Part shown: positions 16,283-25,681 of the stretch, piece by piece
Layout of the letters: every line of letters starts with the position of its first letter
Numbering within the stretch: position 1 is the first letter of the stretch
IMG/VR virus record: IMGVR_UViG_3300020045_001505
Location: 1-43,467 of that record
Reading direction: 5' to 3' (one strand)
DNA from: a virus
Lineage: Duplodnaviria; Caudoviricetes
DNA length: 43,467 bases
Notes under the pieces: generated by a model
The model's database searches: none
What the model saw: only the letters and a program-made list of their open reading frames with translations
What the model was told of the DNA's origin: nothing
Position numbers and translations under genes: made by a program

Positions 16283-16619
16283 AACTAATGCTCAATTTGG
16301 GGAGAACATGGTTCTTTCTCCTTATTACAACAAAGATGATCTAGAAGACTTGTTCGTTAAAATCTGGGAGCAGGTTGAGAAAGCAGAAATTGCTGGCTGG
16401 ACGAACATCAGTGTAGAGTTTGAGTCCCAACGTGACCCTTATGAAGGCTGTCTTGGACCCGTCGAGGTGCTAATTATGGGGGATCGAGAGAAAACCCGCG
16501 AAGAGCATCGGCGAGATGCAGAGCATTCCCGTTTGACGGTGTTGGCCAAGACTTTGGGGGTCTCTTACTACGAAGCAGCTACGGTGGATCGTCTACAGAA
16601 AGCAGGGAAGATTAAGTGA
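16272..16619 (+). CDS. hypothetical protein
   Basis: ATG 16272, overlapping the previous small ORF. Confidence 0.55.
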   Translation: MAAKTNAQFGENMVLSPYYNKDDLEDLFVKIWEQVEKAEIAGWTNISVEFESQRDPYEGCLGPVEVLIMGDREKTREEHRRDAEHSRLTVLAKTLGVSYYEAATVDRLQKAGKIK

Positions 16620-16624
16620 AATAG

Positions 16625-17974
16625 ATGCCAGTCTTTGATTGCGAGGCAGATGGACTATTCCCTACTAAGTTCTACGTCTTGTCGTATCAAGACGGGGATG
16701 AAGTTAGGTCATTAACGACACACGAAGAGATGAGGGAATGGCTACTTTCTCAGAGAGAGCTTGTTGGCCATAACATCTCATCTTGGGACATTCCTCAACT
16801 AGAGCGTGTCCTACAAATCAAGATTACAGCTAAGATTATCGACACCCTCTACCTTTCGTGGTATCTCTACCCTAACCGGGTTAGGCATGGGCTAGAGTGG
16901 TGGGGACAAGATTTGGGGGTGGAGAAGCCGGAGATTAAAGATTGGTATTCTCTGACGTTGGAGGAATATGTCCACCGTTGTGAAGAGGACGTTAAGATTA
17001 ACATTCTCCTCTGGGAGAAGCAGAAAGCCTATCTACGTCTGCTCTACACCTCCCCCGATGCAGAGAGCCTTCCGATTATTTCCTACCTCATGTTCAAGGC
17101 AGATTGTGCCAGAGAGCAAGAGAGGAGTAGGTGGAAGCTTGATGTAGATTGGTGTAAGGCTGCAATTGAGAAGCTAGAGAGTGAACAAGCTCCACGTATT
17201 GAGTCCCTTAAGGCTGCAATGCCCAAAGTGATTAAAAGGGTTTTGAAAAACCCCCCCACCAAACCTTTCAAGAAAGATGGAACTCTGTCCGTTGAAGGGT
17301 TTAAGTGGCAAAATTATTTACGTGAACAGGGCTTGACAAACAACCATTCACTCCCTATATATGTAGTAACAGGAGAAGAGCCGCCTAATCCAGATAGCCC
17401 AGTTCAAGTGAAAGATTGGCTATACAGTTTGGGGTGGGAACCAGAAACATTCAAGTTTGAAAAGGAGGCTGATGGGAGTGAGAGAAAAATCCCTCAGGTC
17501 AAGATTCCTCAATCCCCTGATCTGTGCCCTAGCGTTCTACAATTGGCAGAAACAACCCCTGCCATCTTGGAACTTCAGGGACTATCTGTGGTCCGACACC
17601 GACTTGGTATTCTTCGTGGATTCCTCGAAAACATGTCGGAAGATGGGTGGGTCAAGGCCAGAATCCAAGGGCTGACTAACACCCTCCGCTTTAAGCACAC
17701 AGAGGTTGTAAATCTCCCCGGTGTGAATAAGCCCTACGGTGAAGAGGTCAGGGGGTGTCTTGTAGCCCCTGAGGGCTATGAGTTGGCTGGGACTGATATG
17801 GCTGCCCTTGAGAATAAGACGGGGGACCACTACGTGTATACACTAGACCCAAGATACGTCGAAGAGAAAAATACTCCGGGTTACGACCCCCATATTGAAA
17901 TGTGTGTAATGGCTGATTTGATTACGCAAGATGAGGCAGACTTTTATAAATGGTATCAGACCCAACCCCACTAA
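16625..17974 (+). CDS. polA: family A DNA polymerase, N-terminal part (3'-5' exonuclease to motif A)
   Basis: VFDCEADG, GHNISSWD, RCEEDV, TNTLRFKH..VNLP, GTDMAALE (motif A), DPH. Confidence 0.9.
   Translation: MPVFDCEADGLFPTKFYVLSYQDGDEVRSLTTHEEMREWLLSQRELVGHNISSWDIPQLERVLQIKITAKIIDTLYLSWYLYPNRVRHGLEWWGQDLGVEKPEIKDWYSLTLEEYVHRCEEDVKINILLWEKQKAYLRLLYTSPDAESLPIISYLMFKADCAREQERSRWKLDVDWCKAAIEKLESEQAPRIESLKAAMPKVIKRVLKNPPTKPFKKDGTLSVEGFKWQNYLREQGLTNNHSLPIYVVTGEEPPNPDSPVQVKDWLYSLGWEPETFKFEKEADGSERKIPQVKIPQSPDLCPSVLQLAETTPAILELQGLSVVRHRLGILRGFLENMSEDGWVKARIQGLTNTLRFKHTEVVNLPGVNKPYGEEVRGCLVAPEGYELAGTDMAALENKTGDHYVYTLDPRYVEEKNTPGYDPHIEMCVMADLITQDEADFYKWYQTQPH
17310..17361 (+). promoter_or_regulatory. 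internal promoter-like motif within the polymerase gene
   Basis: AAAATTATTT-N13-TTGACA(17333-17338)-N17-TATATA(17356-17361). Confidence 0.5.
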
Positions 17975-18417
17975 CGGGTTTCGCAACAACCCCCTTAATT
18001 GTTAAGCCCATGACCGCCACACCTTCTAAATACCCTCAAAAGGGGTTTAAAGAAAAGGCTTGTGGGTGGTGTGGAAAACAGTTTGCCCCACAAAGCCCCA
18101 GTCACCTTTACTGTAGTATCTCATGCAGAAAACAAGTCAATTCTGATAAGCACTACCAGAGAAGATATAAGGTTGGGCTAAGGTGGGTGCAAGAAAAATT
18201 AGATGAGCAAGGGTGGAAATGCGCCATCTGCAAGATCACACCTTTTAAGATGAGGGAGGATCATGTGTCAGGGTTAAATCTCGACCATTGCCACACAACA
18301 GGTAAAGCTAGAGCACTTTTATGCCACAACTGTAATCGAGGTATCGGGTTGTTACAAGATAGCCCAGAGATTTTAAGGGCAGCAGCAGACTATTTGGATT
18401 TCCACAATGACTCTTGA
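17950..18417 (+). CDS. endonuclease VII-like homing endonuclease inserted in the polymerase gene
   Basis: QGWKCAIC, LDHCHTTGKARALLCHNCNRGIG..DS..L.AA.YL; N-terminal CxxC..CSxxC; start 17950 or 18010. Confidence 0.88.
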   Translation: MVSDPTPLTGFATTPLIVKPMTATPSKYPQKGFKEKACGWCGKQFAPQSPSHLYCSISCRKQVNSDKHYQRRYKVGLRWVQEKLDEQGWKCAICKITPFKMREDHVSGLNLDHCHTTGKARALLCHNCNRGIGLLQDSPEILRAAADYLDFHNDS

Positions 18418-18967
18418 AGAAATGAAGGCGTTGCCCCCAGAAAAGCAGAAAGCCTTAATCTCTCGCATTAAAATCGCCAGACATAAAGGTAAGACTACCG
18501 TGTATTCTGCGACATACGGTGTGGGGGCTGCGAAGTTGGCCCGTGAGTTGAAGGTAGACACTAAAGAAGCCAAACGGCTTCTTGAAGCCTATTGGAAACG
18601 TAATTGGGCTGTAAGACAGATTGCCGATGAGTGTAAAACCAAGACAATTAACGGACAGATGTGGTTGTTCAACCCAGTCTCTAAGTTTTGGTATTCTCTT
18701 CGTGCAGAAAAAGACCGCTTCTCTACACTCAATCAGGGCACTGGTGTGTTCTGTTTTGATAGTTGGGTGAGGGAAGTGAGAAAAGTTAGACCACAACTCA
18801 CTGCACAGTTCCACGACGAGATCATCCAATGTGTTAAGATTGGACATAGAGAAGAAGCTACGAAGCTCCTTAAAGACGCCATTGATCGTGTGAACAGCAA
18901 ACTAAACTTGAACGTAAAACTTGGGATTGAAACTCAGTTCGGCCCTAGATACTCATCTATCCATTAA
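18407..18967 (+). CDS. polA: family A DNA polymerase, C-terminal part (motifs B and C)
   Basis: RHKGKTTVYSATYG (motif B, Tyr at the 762-equivalent position), STLNQGTG, QFHDE. Confidence 0.9.
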   Translation: MTLEEMKALPPEKQKALISRIKIARHKGKTTVYSATYGVGAAKLARELKVDTKEAKRLLEAYWKRNWAVRQIADECKTKTINGQMWLFNPVSKFWYSLRAEKDRFSTLNQGTGVFCFDSWVREVRKVRPQLTAQFHDEIIQCVKIGHREEATKLLKDAIDRVNSKLNLNVKLGIETQFGPRYSSIH

Positions 18968-18976
18968 GGAACATAA

Positions 18977-19681
18977 ATGCTTAACGCTAACAAAGTGCCC
19001 TCTTCCAACTCCTCCAACAGCAAACGTCCTGACCCTGTTGCTCCGGGCACCTACCCTGCCCGCCTTGTTCAGGTGGTTGGCCTTGGGACTCAGAAACAAC
19101 GCCCCTATAAGGGGGACGAGAAGCCCCCTGCCATGATGATCCGTGTCACCTACGAACTCTTGGATGAGTTTATGAAGGATGAGGATGGAAATGATCGTGA
19201 GGACGCCCCCCGTTGGATTTCCGAGGAGTTCAAGTTTCTCTCGTTGAAAGCTGATTTGGCTGTCTCTACCAAACGCTACGCAGCTCTCGACCCTACTAAA
19301 GCAGCCAATGGTGACTGGGCTGAGTTGGTTGGTGCCCCGTGTATGGTTACAATCATCAACGAGCAAGACAAGCGTCCGGGGTTTGAAGATCGTTTCTATG
19401 ATCGAGTTTCTTCTGTGTCGTCTATGCGAGAACGAGAAGCTGCCAAAGCTCCCGAGTTGAAAAACCCTTCTGTGGTGTTTGACTTCTACGAACCCAACCT
19501 TGAGAAGTTCAACGGCTTCCCTGAATGGATTCAGAACAAGATTAAAGATGCCGTAGACTTCCCCGGTTCTAAGTTGGAGGCTCTTCTCGGCGGGAAGGCT
19601 AAACCTGCACCTAAAGAGCAGCCTGCTCCCAAGGCTGCCCCTGCCCCTGCCCCCGACGCCGAGGAAGAAGAGCGTTGGTAA
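18977..19681 (+). CDS. putative single-stranded DNA-binding protein
   Basis: PGTYPARLVQVVGLGTQ N-terminus, Pro/Ala linker and acidic-aromatic tail EEEERW; follows the polymerase. Confidence 0.55.
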   Translation: MLNANKVPSSNSSNSKRPDPVAPGTYPARLVQVVGLGTQKQRPYKGDEKPPAMMIRVTYELLDEFMKDEDGNDREDAPRWISEEFKFLSLKADLAVSTKRYAALDPTKAANGDWAELVGAPCMVTIINEQDKRPGFEDRFYDRVSSVSSMREREAAKAPELKNPSVVFDFYEPNLEKFNGFPEWIQNKIKDAVDFPGSKLEALLGGKAKPAPKEQPAPKAAPAPAPDAEEEERW

Positions 19682-20583
19682 TGCGCCCCCTTCTAGATTC
19701 TGATGTCATTTTATACGAGGTCGGGTTCTCTTCGCAACAAGAGGAGGATGGTAAAATCACCCCAGCCTCGTGGGACTTCACTCAAGACTTGCTAGAAAAG
19801 AAACTAGCTTTGATCTGTGACGAGGTGGGGGCCACTGAGCCCCCCCTCATGTTCCTCACCAACACCCGAAGAATCAACAAGGAGAAAAATAAGCAACGTG
19901 CCCGAGAAGATGTTGCCCCCAAACCCTATGTAGAAAACTTTCGGGTGGAAGCAGCAAAAGAAAAGGAATACAAGGGGACGAGGAAAGCTGAGAAGCCTTT
20001 CCACTTCTACAACCTTCTTTCACACATTATGGGGGCCTATGAAACCTCTATCAATGAAGATGGGCTAGAGGCTGATGATGCCATGTGCATTCATCAGTAT
20101 TCCCGTTGGAAAGAGGGAAAACACGATACAATCATTTGCTCTCGTGATAAAGACGTTCGTCAGTGCCCCGGCAACCACTACTCGTGGGAGGTGGCAAAAC
20201 AAGCCTCAATTGGGCCAATCTTTGTGGAGCCCCTTGGCCAACTGATCCACAAGAATGCTGGTGAAGTTGACACCAAGGGTCGGGCCAAACCCCATAAAAT
20301 CTTTGGGACGGGGGATAAGTTCTTCTACTACCAAATGCTCGTAGGGGACACTGTAGACAACGTTGGGGGTATTAAGGGGAGAGGTCCAGCCTTTGCCTAC
20401 AACCTCCTTAAAAACGCTGTCTCGTCGCGTCAGTGCTATGAGTTGGTGGGGGAGCTTTATGTTAAACACCACGGTGACAATTGGAAGGAAAAATTTCGAG
20501 AGCAAGCAGACTTGCTGTGGATGATTAGAGAGTTGGATGAAGAAGGGAACAAAGTAAAATGGAAACCCCCAGCAAAATTGTGA
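19681..20583 (+). CDS. 5'-3' exonuclease (T7 gp6/FEN-like)
   Basis: LLDSDVILY, YKGTR, LEADD, SRDKD, GDTVDNVGG. Confidence 0.88.
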   Translation: MRPLLDSDVILYEVGFSSQQEEDGKITPASWDFTQDLLEKKLALICDEVGATEPPLMFLTNTRRINKEKNKQRAREDVAPKPYVENFRVEAAKEKEYKGTRKAEKPFHFYNLLSHIMGAYETSINEDGLEADDAMCIHQYSRWKEGKHDTIICSRDKDVRQCPGNHYSWEVAKQASIGPIFVEPLGQLIHKNAGEVDTKGRAKPHKIFGTGDKFFYYQMLVGDTVDNVGGIKGRGPAFAYNLLKNAVSSRQCYELVGELYVKHHGDNWKEKFREQADLLWMIRELDEEGNKVKWKPPAKL

Positions 20584-21221
20584 GGTTTGTGGGAGATATT
20601 CACGGAGATTTTGGATGGTATCAGCGGATCATTGAAGATGCTGAAACCTCCGTCCAAGTGGGTGATTATGGTGTTGGGTTTGACACCTTCACGGATGATC
20701 GTATGGAAGCTTGGGGGAAAGAAAACCTACAGCACCGTTTCATTCGAGGAAACCATGACGATAAGATGACGGCCCTTCGTATGGAAAACTTCATTCCTGA
20801 TGGTTCGTATGACCACCAAAATAACCTGATGTATGTTGGTGGGGCTTGGTCTATTGACTATGCCTTTAGAGAAGAGGGTAAGAACTGGTGGCACGATGAA
20901 GAGTGTTCCACCGCAGAGTTCTCCCTATACAAAGACCTCTACACACGCTTTAAGCCGCGTATCATGGTAACACATGATTGTCCAATGCAGATTATTGAGA
21001 AAGCTAATCTCCTTAATCCCGCATTTGGTGGGAAAGTGAATACTAGAACTGGTTTTCGTCTTGGTCAAATGTTCCACCTCCATAAGCCTAAGTTGTGGAT
21101 TTTTGGGCATTGGCACAAGCCAGTTGACATGGTGATTGGTGATACAAGGTTTATCTGCCTTGACATCGGCCAATCCGTTGATATTAACTTAGACACATTG
21201 GAGGATGTCTGTTGGGGCTGA
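20559..21221 (+). CDS. metallophosphoesterase
   Basis: GDIHG, VGDYG, RGNHD, THD, FGHWH. Confidence 0.9.
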   Translation: METPSKIVRFVGDIHGDFGWYQRIIEDAETSVQVGDYGVGFDTFTDDRMEAWGKENLQHRFIRGNHDDKMTALRMENFIPDGSYDHQNNLMYVGGAWSIDYAFREEGKNWWHDEECSTAEFSLYKDLYTRFKPRIMVTHDCPMQIIEKANLLNPAFGGKVNTRTGFRLGQMFHLHKPKLWIFGHWHKPVDMVIGDTRFICLDIGQSVDINLDTLEDVCWG

Positions 21222-21613
21222 AAAAGATTAAGATTCTAAAAGTTGACTACACCTACGACTACGATAGTGATTCCACTCGTACAATGTTGGGTGAAGGTAT
21301 TGATTGGCAAGAGGTTACGGATGAGGAGCTTAAGCGTATTCGAGACGCCCTTGCTTTTAAGTATCTCCTGCCAGCGGCCCACCCACTACATAAAGTGAAC
21401 TTAATGATTGTAGAAGAAGTGGTTCCCTATTCTCCCAGCTTGGAAGAGTTGCTTAAAGATTTGGAAGAGGCGGGGAGAAAACAAATAGAGAGTAAGAGAA
21501 AACGAGAGGCAGCCGCTGCTGCATCAAAGGCTTTGAAGGAAGAAAAGGCCTTGGAGCGTAAGAAGAAAACCCTAGAAAAGTTGAAAGCTGAATTGGAGGG
21601 GCAGGCTGGCTAA
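21212..21613 (+). CDS. hypothetical protein with coiled-coil C-terminus
   Basis: 133-aa ORF with K/E-rich end. Confidence 0.6.
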   Translation: MGLKKIKILKVDYTYDYDSDSTRTMLGEGIDWQEVTDEELKRIRDALAFKYLLPAAHPLHKVNLMIVEEVVPYSPSLEELLKDLEEAGRKQIESKRKREAAAAASKALKEEKALERKKKTLEKLKAELEGQAG

Positions 21614-21641
21614 ACCCCCTAAAACCCGTGCCTCTGGCACC

Positions 21642-22007
21642 ATGACTGAGGCTCAATATGTTGCCTTTGTTAAGGGCCATCTTCGGAGGGCCTCTCGTTG
21701 GTGGAAGCCAATCTCTGAGACTATTAAGAACGCGAGAACTAGGCGTGGCTACTACCTATGTAATGGGTGTGGACAAGAGGTCACTAACTCCATCGTAGTA
21801 GATGGTAAACGTAAGAAGCATGTCTTCTGTGACCACGTTCAACCTGTTGTTGACCCCACCACTGGATTCACTGGTTGGGACGACTTCGTGAACAACCTCT
21901 TCTGTGAAGAGTCTAACCTTCAGCTACTCTGTTCTACCTGCCACAATAAAAAATCATCTGAAGAACGGATGACCCGTTCACAATCAAAGAAAGAAAACAA
22001 TGACTGA
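21642..22007 (+). CDS. HNH endonuclease
   Basis: CNGC, DHVQPVV, NLQLLCSTCHNKKS. Confidence 0.82.
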   Translation: MTEAQYVAFVKGHLRRASRWWKPISETIKNARTRRGYYLCNGCGQEVTNSIVVDGKRKKHVFCDHVQPVVDPTTGFTGWDDFVNNLFCEESNLQLLCSTCHNKKSSEERMTRSQSKKENND

Positions 22008-22266
22008 ATTTAATCGCTTCGTTGACATCGCCCATCGCCCCCTGCAAGTGTATAACCGGGCTGTGATGTTCTTCAACTTGTATGAAGATCAAGGCAAGCA
22101 TGTGGCAGAAGAATATGCCAACTCCTTTACTAAAGAAGAACGTCTTCAGATGGCCCAAATTACAGCTTTGACCAAGCGTGTAGGCACCAAACGTGTTAAA
22201 GAGCTTGTCACTCATGGCATGGTATTCACTGATGACGATTACAAAGAGGAATCTCTGAATGGCTGA
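22000..22266 (+). CDS. hypothetical protein
   Basis: 88-aa coupled ORF. Confidence 0.65.
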   Translation: MTEFNRFVDIAHRPLQVYNRAVMFFNLYEDQGKHVAEEYANSFTKEERLQMAQITALTKRVGTKRVKELVTHGMVFTDDDYKEESLNG

Positions 22267-22573
22267 GGCAGGGAGAAAAGATGATGGGGGTAAAGCCCCC
22301 TACCATCTGATTGCACCAGAGTTGCTTGAAGAGGTGGCCAAAGTGCTAGAATTTGGTGCCCGCAAATACGCCCCAAGAAATTGGGAAGCTGGTATGTCTT
22401 GGGGACGGGTATTTAGTGCGCTTCAACGGCACCTTTGGGCGTGGTGGTGGGGTAAGGATAAAGATGAAGAGACTGGATTCTCTCACCTGTCCCACGCAGC
22501 TTGTTGTGTGATGTTCCTTTTGTCGTATGAGGCAAGAAAGGTTGGGCAAGATGATCGCGCAAAACCGTCCTGA
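22259..22573 (+). CDS. dATP/dGTP diphosphohydrolase-like (DUF5664)
   Basis: KDDGGK, VLEFGARKY..RNWE.G, ALQRHL, DEETGFSHLSHAACC. Confidence 0.85.
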   Translation: MAEAGRKDDGGKAPYHLIAPELLEEVAKVLEFGARKYAPRNWEAGMSWGRVFSALQRHLWAWWWGKDKDEETGFSHLSHAACCVMFLLSYEARKVGQDDRAKPS

Positions 22574-23153
22574 CATCAATGATGAGGGGGTTCTTATCGA
22601 CAAAGGGGGGAAAGATTGTTGGCTTCAAACCTTTAGTGGGCGCAGAGTCAGTGTTATGAACCCCCGCCCCGAGCAGATTAGTTTGGGGGATATTGCCAAC
22701 TCTATCTCTAAGCAGTGTCGTTTCAATGGTCACTGTGACGATTTCTATAGTGTTGCTCAACATTGCGTCCTTGGTGCAAACTTTGCCCTCAAACATTTCA
22801 CCCCTCAAGTGGCAAAAGAGTTTCTTCTGCACGATGCTACAGAGGCTTTTGTGGGGGACTTAATTCGCCCCGTAAAACGAATGATCCCACAATTCAGTGA
22901 AGTTGAGGCAGGCTTTTGGAAAGCTATCTCTGCCAAGTTCGGCTTGCCAGAGGTTCATTCTGCGGAGGTGCATGACCTAGATAACATTATGGTGACGTGG
23001 GAAAAGAGAGACCTCTTGCCAAACTCGGAAGATTGGCCTAACTTGCCTGACATTACGGTGTATGACCTGCCCGTAATGAAGCCTGTAGATTGGAGGGTTG
23101 CGAGAGAGCAATACCTCACCCTGCACAATCAACTATTTGGAGAGACTTATTGA
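22551..23153 (+). CDS. HD-domain 5'-deoxynucleotidase-like (YfdR-type)
   Basis: QTFSGR, CRFNGH, YSVAQH, LLHDATEAFVGD..PVK. Confidence 0.85.
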   Translation: MIAQNRPDINDEGVLIDKGGKDCWLQTFSGRRVSVMNPRPEQISLGDIANSISKQCRFNGHCDDFYSVAQHCVLGANFALKHFTPQVAKEFLLHDATEAFVGDLIRPVKRMIPQFSEVEAGFWKAISAKFGLPEVHSAEVHDLDNIMVTWEKRDLLPNSEDWPNLPDITVYDLPVMKPVDWRVAREQYLTLHNQLFGETY

Positions 23154-23212
23154 AAATTCTGTTGCTAGACATTGAGACTTTTAGTGATGGGAGGGGCAGG
23201 AACCTTGATTGA
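23150..23212 (+). pseudogene. displaced original 5' end of the exonuclease gene
   Basis: Reads MKILLLDIET-FSDGRGRNLD*, versus LKVLLLDIEV at 23642. Confidence 0.75.
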
Positions 23213-23645
23213 CCTCTTAGGCAATGAGGTCGTGGATTACACCCTAAGTGAAGATGGTCGAGTTTTTAGTCACAAACGTCAGAGATACCTCTCGCAGTGG
23301 TTAAACTCCTCTGGGTATCTGACAACAAAAATCGGCTGTCGAACCTCCTCTATACACCGCCTACTTGCACTTAACTTTATACCTAACCCTGATAACCTCG
23401 AAACAGTTAATCATAGAGACCTTAATAAACTTAACAATTCGCTTGACAATCTTGAGTGGTTGTCTCGTGAGGATAATGTAAAACACGCCTTGAAAAAGTC
23501 TTACCATCTTCGTTCTCCGCAAGGAGATATTGTGCTAATTACCGGGTTGGCAGAGTTTTGTCGCCAAATGGGGCTTACACAAGCAAACATGTCTAAAGTA
23601 ATTTTGGGTCAACGCCCGCACCACAAGAATTGGAGACTACCCTGA
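23205..23645 (+). CDS. HNH homing endonuclease
   Basis: SEDGRVFS, IHRLLALNFIPNP..TVNHRDLNKLNN..NLEW; C-terminal HTH-like segment. Confidence 0.88.
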   Translation: MIDLLGNEVVDYTLSEDGRVFSHKRQRYLSQWLNSSGYLTTKIGCRTSSIHRLLALNFIPNPDNLETVNHRDLNKLNNSLDNLEWLSREDNVKHALKKSYHLRSPQGDIVLITGLAEFCRQMGLTQANMSKVILGQRPHHKNWRLP

Positions 23646-24406
23646 AAGTTTTGCTACTAGATATTGAAGTCTCGCCGAAGCTTGCGATGGTGTGGAGGTT
23701 TTTCAAAGAGAACATCTCTGCCAAACAAGTGAAGTCTCATGGGCACATTATGTCCTTCGCAGCCAAGTGGTTGGGTGAGGGTGAGGTCTTTTACGAAGAG
23801 AATAGGAAAGAGGATGATCGGCGCATTGTTTCGCGCCTATGTGAGCTTCTTCACGAAGCTGATGTGGTAGTGGCCCATAACGGGGATGAGTTTGACCTCA
23901 AACAAATCCGGGCAAGGGCTGTGGTCCACGGGATTAAGCCCCCTGCCCCAGTTAAAACCGTTGACACTTATAAGGTGGCTAAACGAGAGTTTGGGTTTCC
24001 TTCCAACTCCCTTGAGTATCTGACCGGGGTGCTAAACTGCAACGTCAAGAAAGGGGGACACAAGAAATTCCCCGGTTTTGAGCTGTGGAAAGAGTGTTTG
24101 GCTGGCAACGACGAAGCTTGGGAGGAGATGAAACTCTACAACATTGACGATGTTCTGTCGCTAGAGGAGCTTTACAAGAAGCTGCGTCCTTGGGACACTA
24201 AACACCCCAATGTGTCTATTGTTGCTGAGAGTGAAGAGCCTCTGTGCCCCAAGTGTGGTGGTAAGCACATTCAATTCCGTGGCTATGCCTATAGCTCAGT
24301 TGGGAAGTTTCACCGTATTCAGTGTCAAGATTGTGGGGGTTGGAGCAGAACTCGGTTCTCGTTGCTTAAAAAGAATGACAACCTGTTGGCTAATCAGGTG
24401 AACTAA
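23630..24406 (+). CDS. RNase H/DnaQ-like 3'-5' exonuclease with C-terminal Zn ribbon
   Basis: LLDIE, AHNGDEFD, YNIDDV, CPKCG...CQDCG. Confidence 0.85.
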   Translation: METTLKVLLLDIEVSPKLAMVWRFFKENISAKQVKSHGHIMSFAAKWLGEGEVFYEENRKEDDRRIVSRLCELLHEADVVVAHNGDEFDLKQIRARAVVHGIKPPAPVKTVDTYKVAKREFGFPSNSLEYLTGVLNCNVKKGGHKKFPGFELWKECLAGNDEAWEEMKLYNIDDVLSLEELYKKLRPWDTKHPNVSIVAESEEPLCPKCGGKHIQFRGYAYSSVGKFHRIQCQDCGGWSRTRFSLLKKNDNLLANQVN

Positions 24407-24545
24407 TTGAGATTGACAAAGCTCCGTAAAACCCTTCAAGACACTAATGGTCTTGTGGCTCGTTATCAAAACGATAAATCAGATGAAACTGTGGAGGCGC
24501 TAGTCGCCTCCTTCCTCCCCCTCAAAACTGTTCTGGAAGATTTGA

Positions 24546-25208
24546 TTGACAAAGCTAACCGCTAAACTAGTGGGGGTGACAACCCCCCTAATCCCCCTTC
24601 AAGAGGAGGGGGCTGAAGGTTTGATTGCATACTGTGCCCGTGTGAGCAACCCACAGTTTCAAGATAAGCCAATTGGTCGGTTGTTCGACTATTGTATGGA
24701 GAACCATCACTGGTCCATCTTTGAGATGGCCGATGCTATTGTGGAAGTGGAGGCCCCCCGAGACATTACACGACAGATGATCCGACACACCTCTTTCCGT
24801 TTTCAGGAATTTAGTCAGAGGTATTCAGACGAGATTGAATTTACGGAGAGAGACTTCCGTGTGCAAGATGAGAAAAATCGTCAGAATAGTTTTGACACTT
24901 TCTCTGACGAGCAAAAGGACCAATTGAATGTTGGCCTAAAAGCTATCATTCAGGACATCAATGACGCGTATAAAGCCCTTCGTGCAATCGACGTGGCTAA
25001 GGAATGTGCCCGCGTAATTCTCCCTGAGGGGCTTACTATGTCTCGTCTCTACATGAAGGGCAGCCTACGTTCTTGGATGCACTATTTGGATGTAAGGGAA
25101 GGAAACGGGACACAACTAGAACACCAAATCCTTGCTAACAAGATTAGGGAAGCTCTCCTACCCGCTTTTCCCCGTGTTCTAGGAAATACTGTTAATGTGG
25201 AGACTTGA
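24546..25208 (+). CDS. thyX: flavin-dependent thymidylate synthase
   Basis: ARVS, HWSIFE, RHTSFRFQEFSQRY, ECARVILP, TQLEH. Confidence 0.93.
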   Translation: MTKLTAKLVGVTTPLIPLQEEGAEGLIAYCARVSNPQFQDKPIGRLFDYCMENHHWSIFEMADAIVEVEAPRDITRQMIRHTSFRFQEFSQRYSDEIEFTERDFRVQDEKNRQNSFDTFSDEQKDQLNVGLKAIIQDINDAYKALRAIDVAKECARVILPEGLTMSRLYMKGSLRSWMHYLDVREGNGTQLEHQILANKIREALLPAFPRVLGNTVNVET

Positions 25209-25680
25209 AGATTGTATAAGGTATGAGCCGAATACCGGGGTTTTGATTTGGAAAGAGAGGGTCAATAAAAACATCTCGATAGGTCAGATCATTGGGACAA
25301 AACATAGTAAAGGTTATTTGTTCTTTAGGTTGAACAGAAAGTTTTATTTTTGTCATAGGGTTGCTTGGTTCCTCCACACAGGTTTTTGGCCTGTTGGGGA
25401 GATTGACCACGAGAACGGAGTAAAGTCTGATAATCGGATTAACAACCTACGAGATGTGACGCACCAACAAAACATGTGGAACAAGACCTCACAGAAAAAC
25501 ACTAGTTCTGCTTATAAAGGGGTCCACAAGATCAAAACTAGTGGGAAATGGCGAGCAACTTTGTGGAATGGCTTTTCCAAGTTGCATCTTGGAACTTTTA
25601 CAGACGAAAAGGAAGCAGCATTAGCTTATGATGCAGAAGCAAGAAGGGTTTTTGGTGAATATGCAAGAGCAAACTTTTAG
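25195..25680 (+). CDS. HNH-AP2 homing endonuclease
   Basis: HRVAW, IDHENGVKSDNRINNLR; AP2 SAYKGV..WRA..HLGTF...AALAYD. Confidence 0.9.
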   Translation: MWRLEDCIRYEPNTGVLIWKERVNKNISIGQIIGTKHSKGYLFFRLNRKFYFCHRVAWFLHTGFWPVGEIDHENGVKSDNRINNLRDVTHQQNMWNKTSQKNTSSAYKGVHKIKTSGKWRATLWNGFSKLHLGTFTDEKEAALAYDAEARRVFGEYARANF

Positions 25681-25681
25681 A

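Noticed and set aside
17940-18420. Group I intron in the polymerase gene
   Set aside because: No P4/P7 core sequences and almost no non-coding space around the endonuclease ORF
22259-23153. 2-aminoadenine (Z-DNA) pathway
   Set aside because: DUF5664 and HD genes are present, but there is no purZ in the window and both families are common without it
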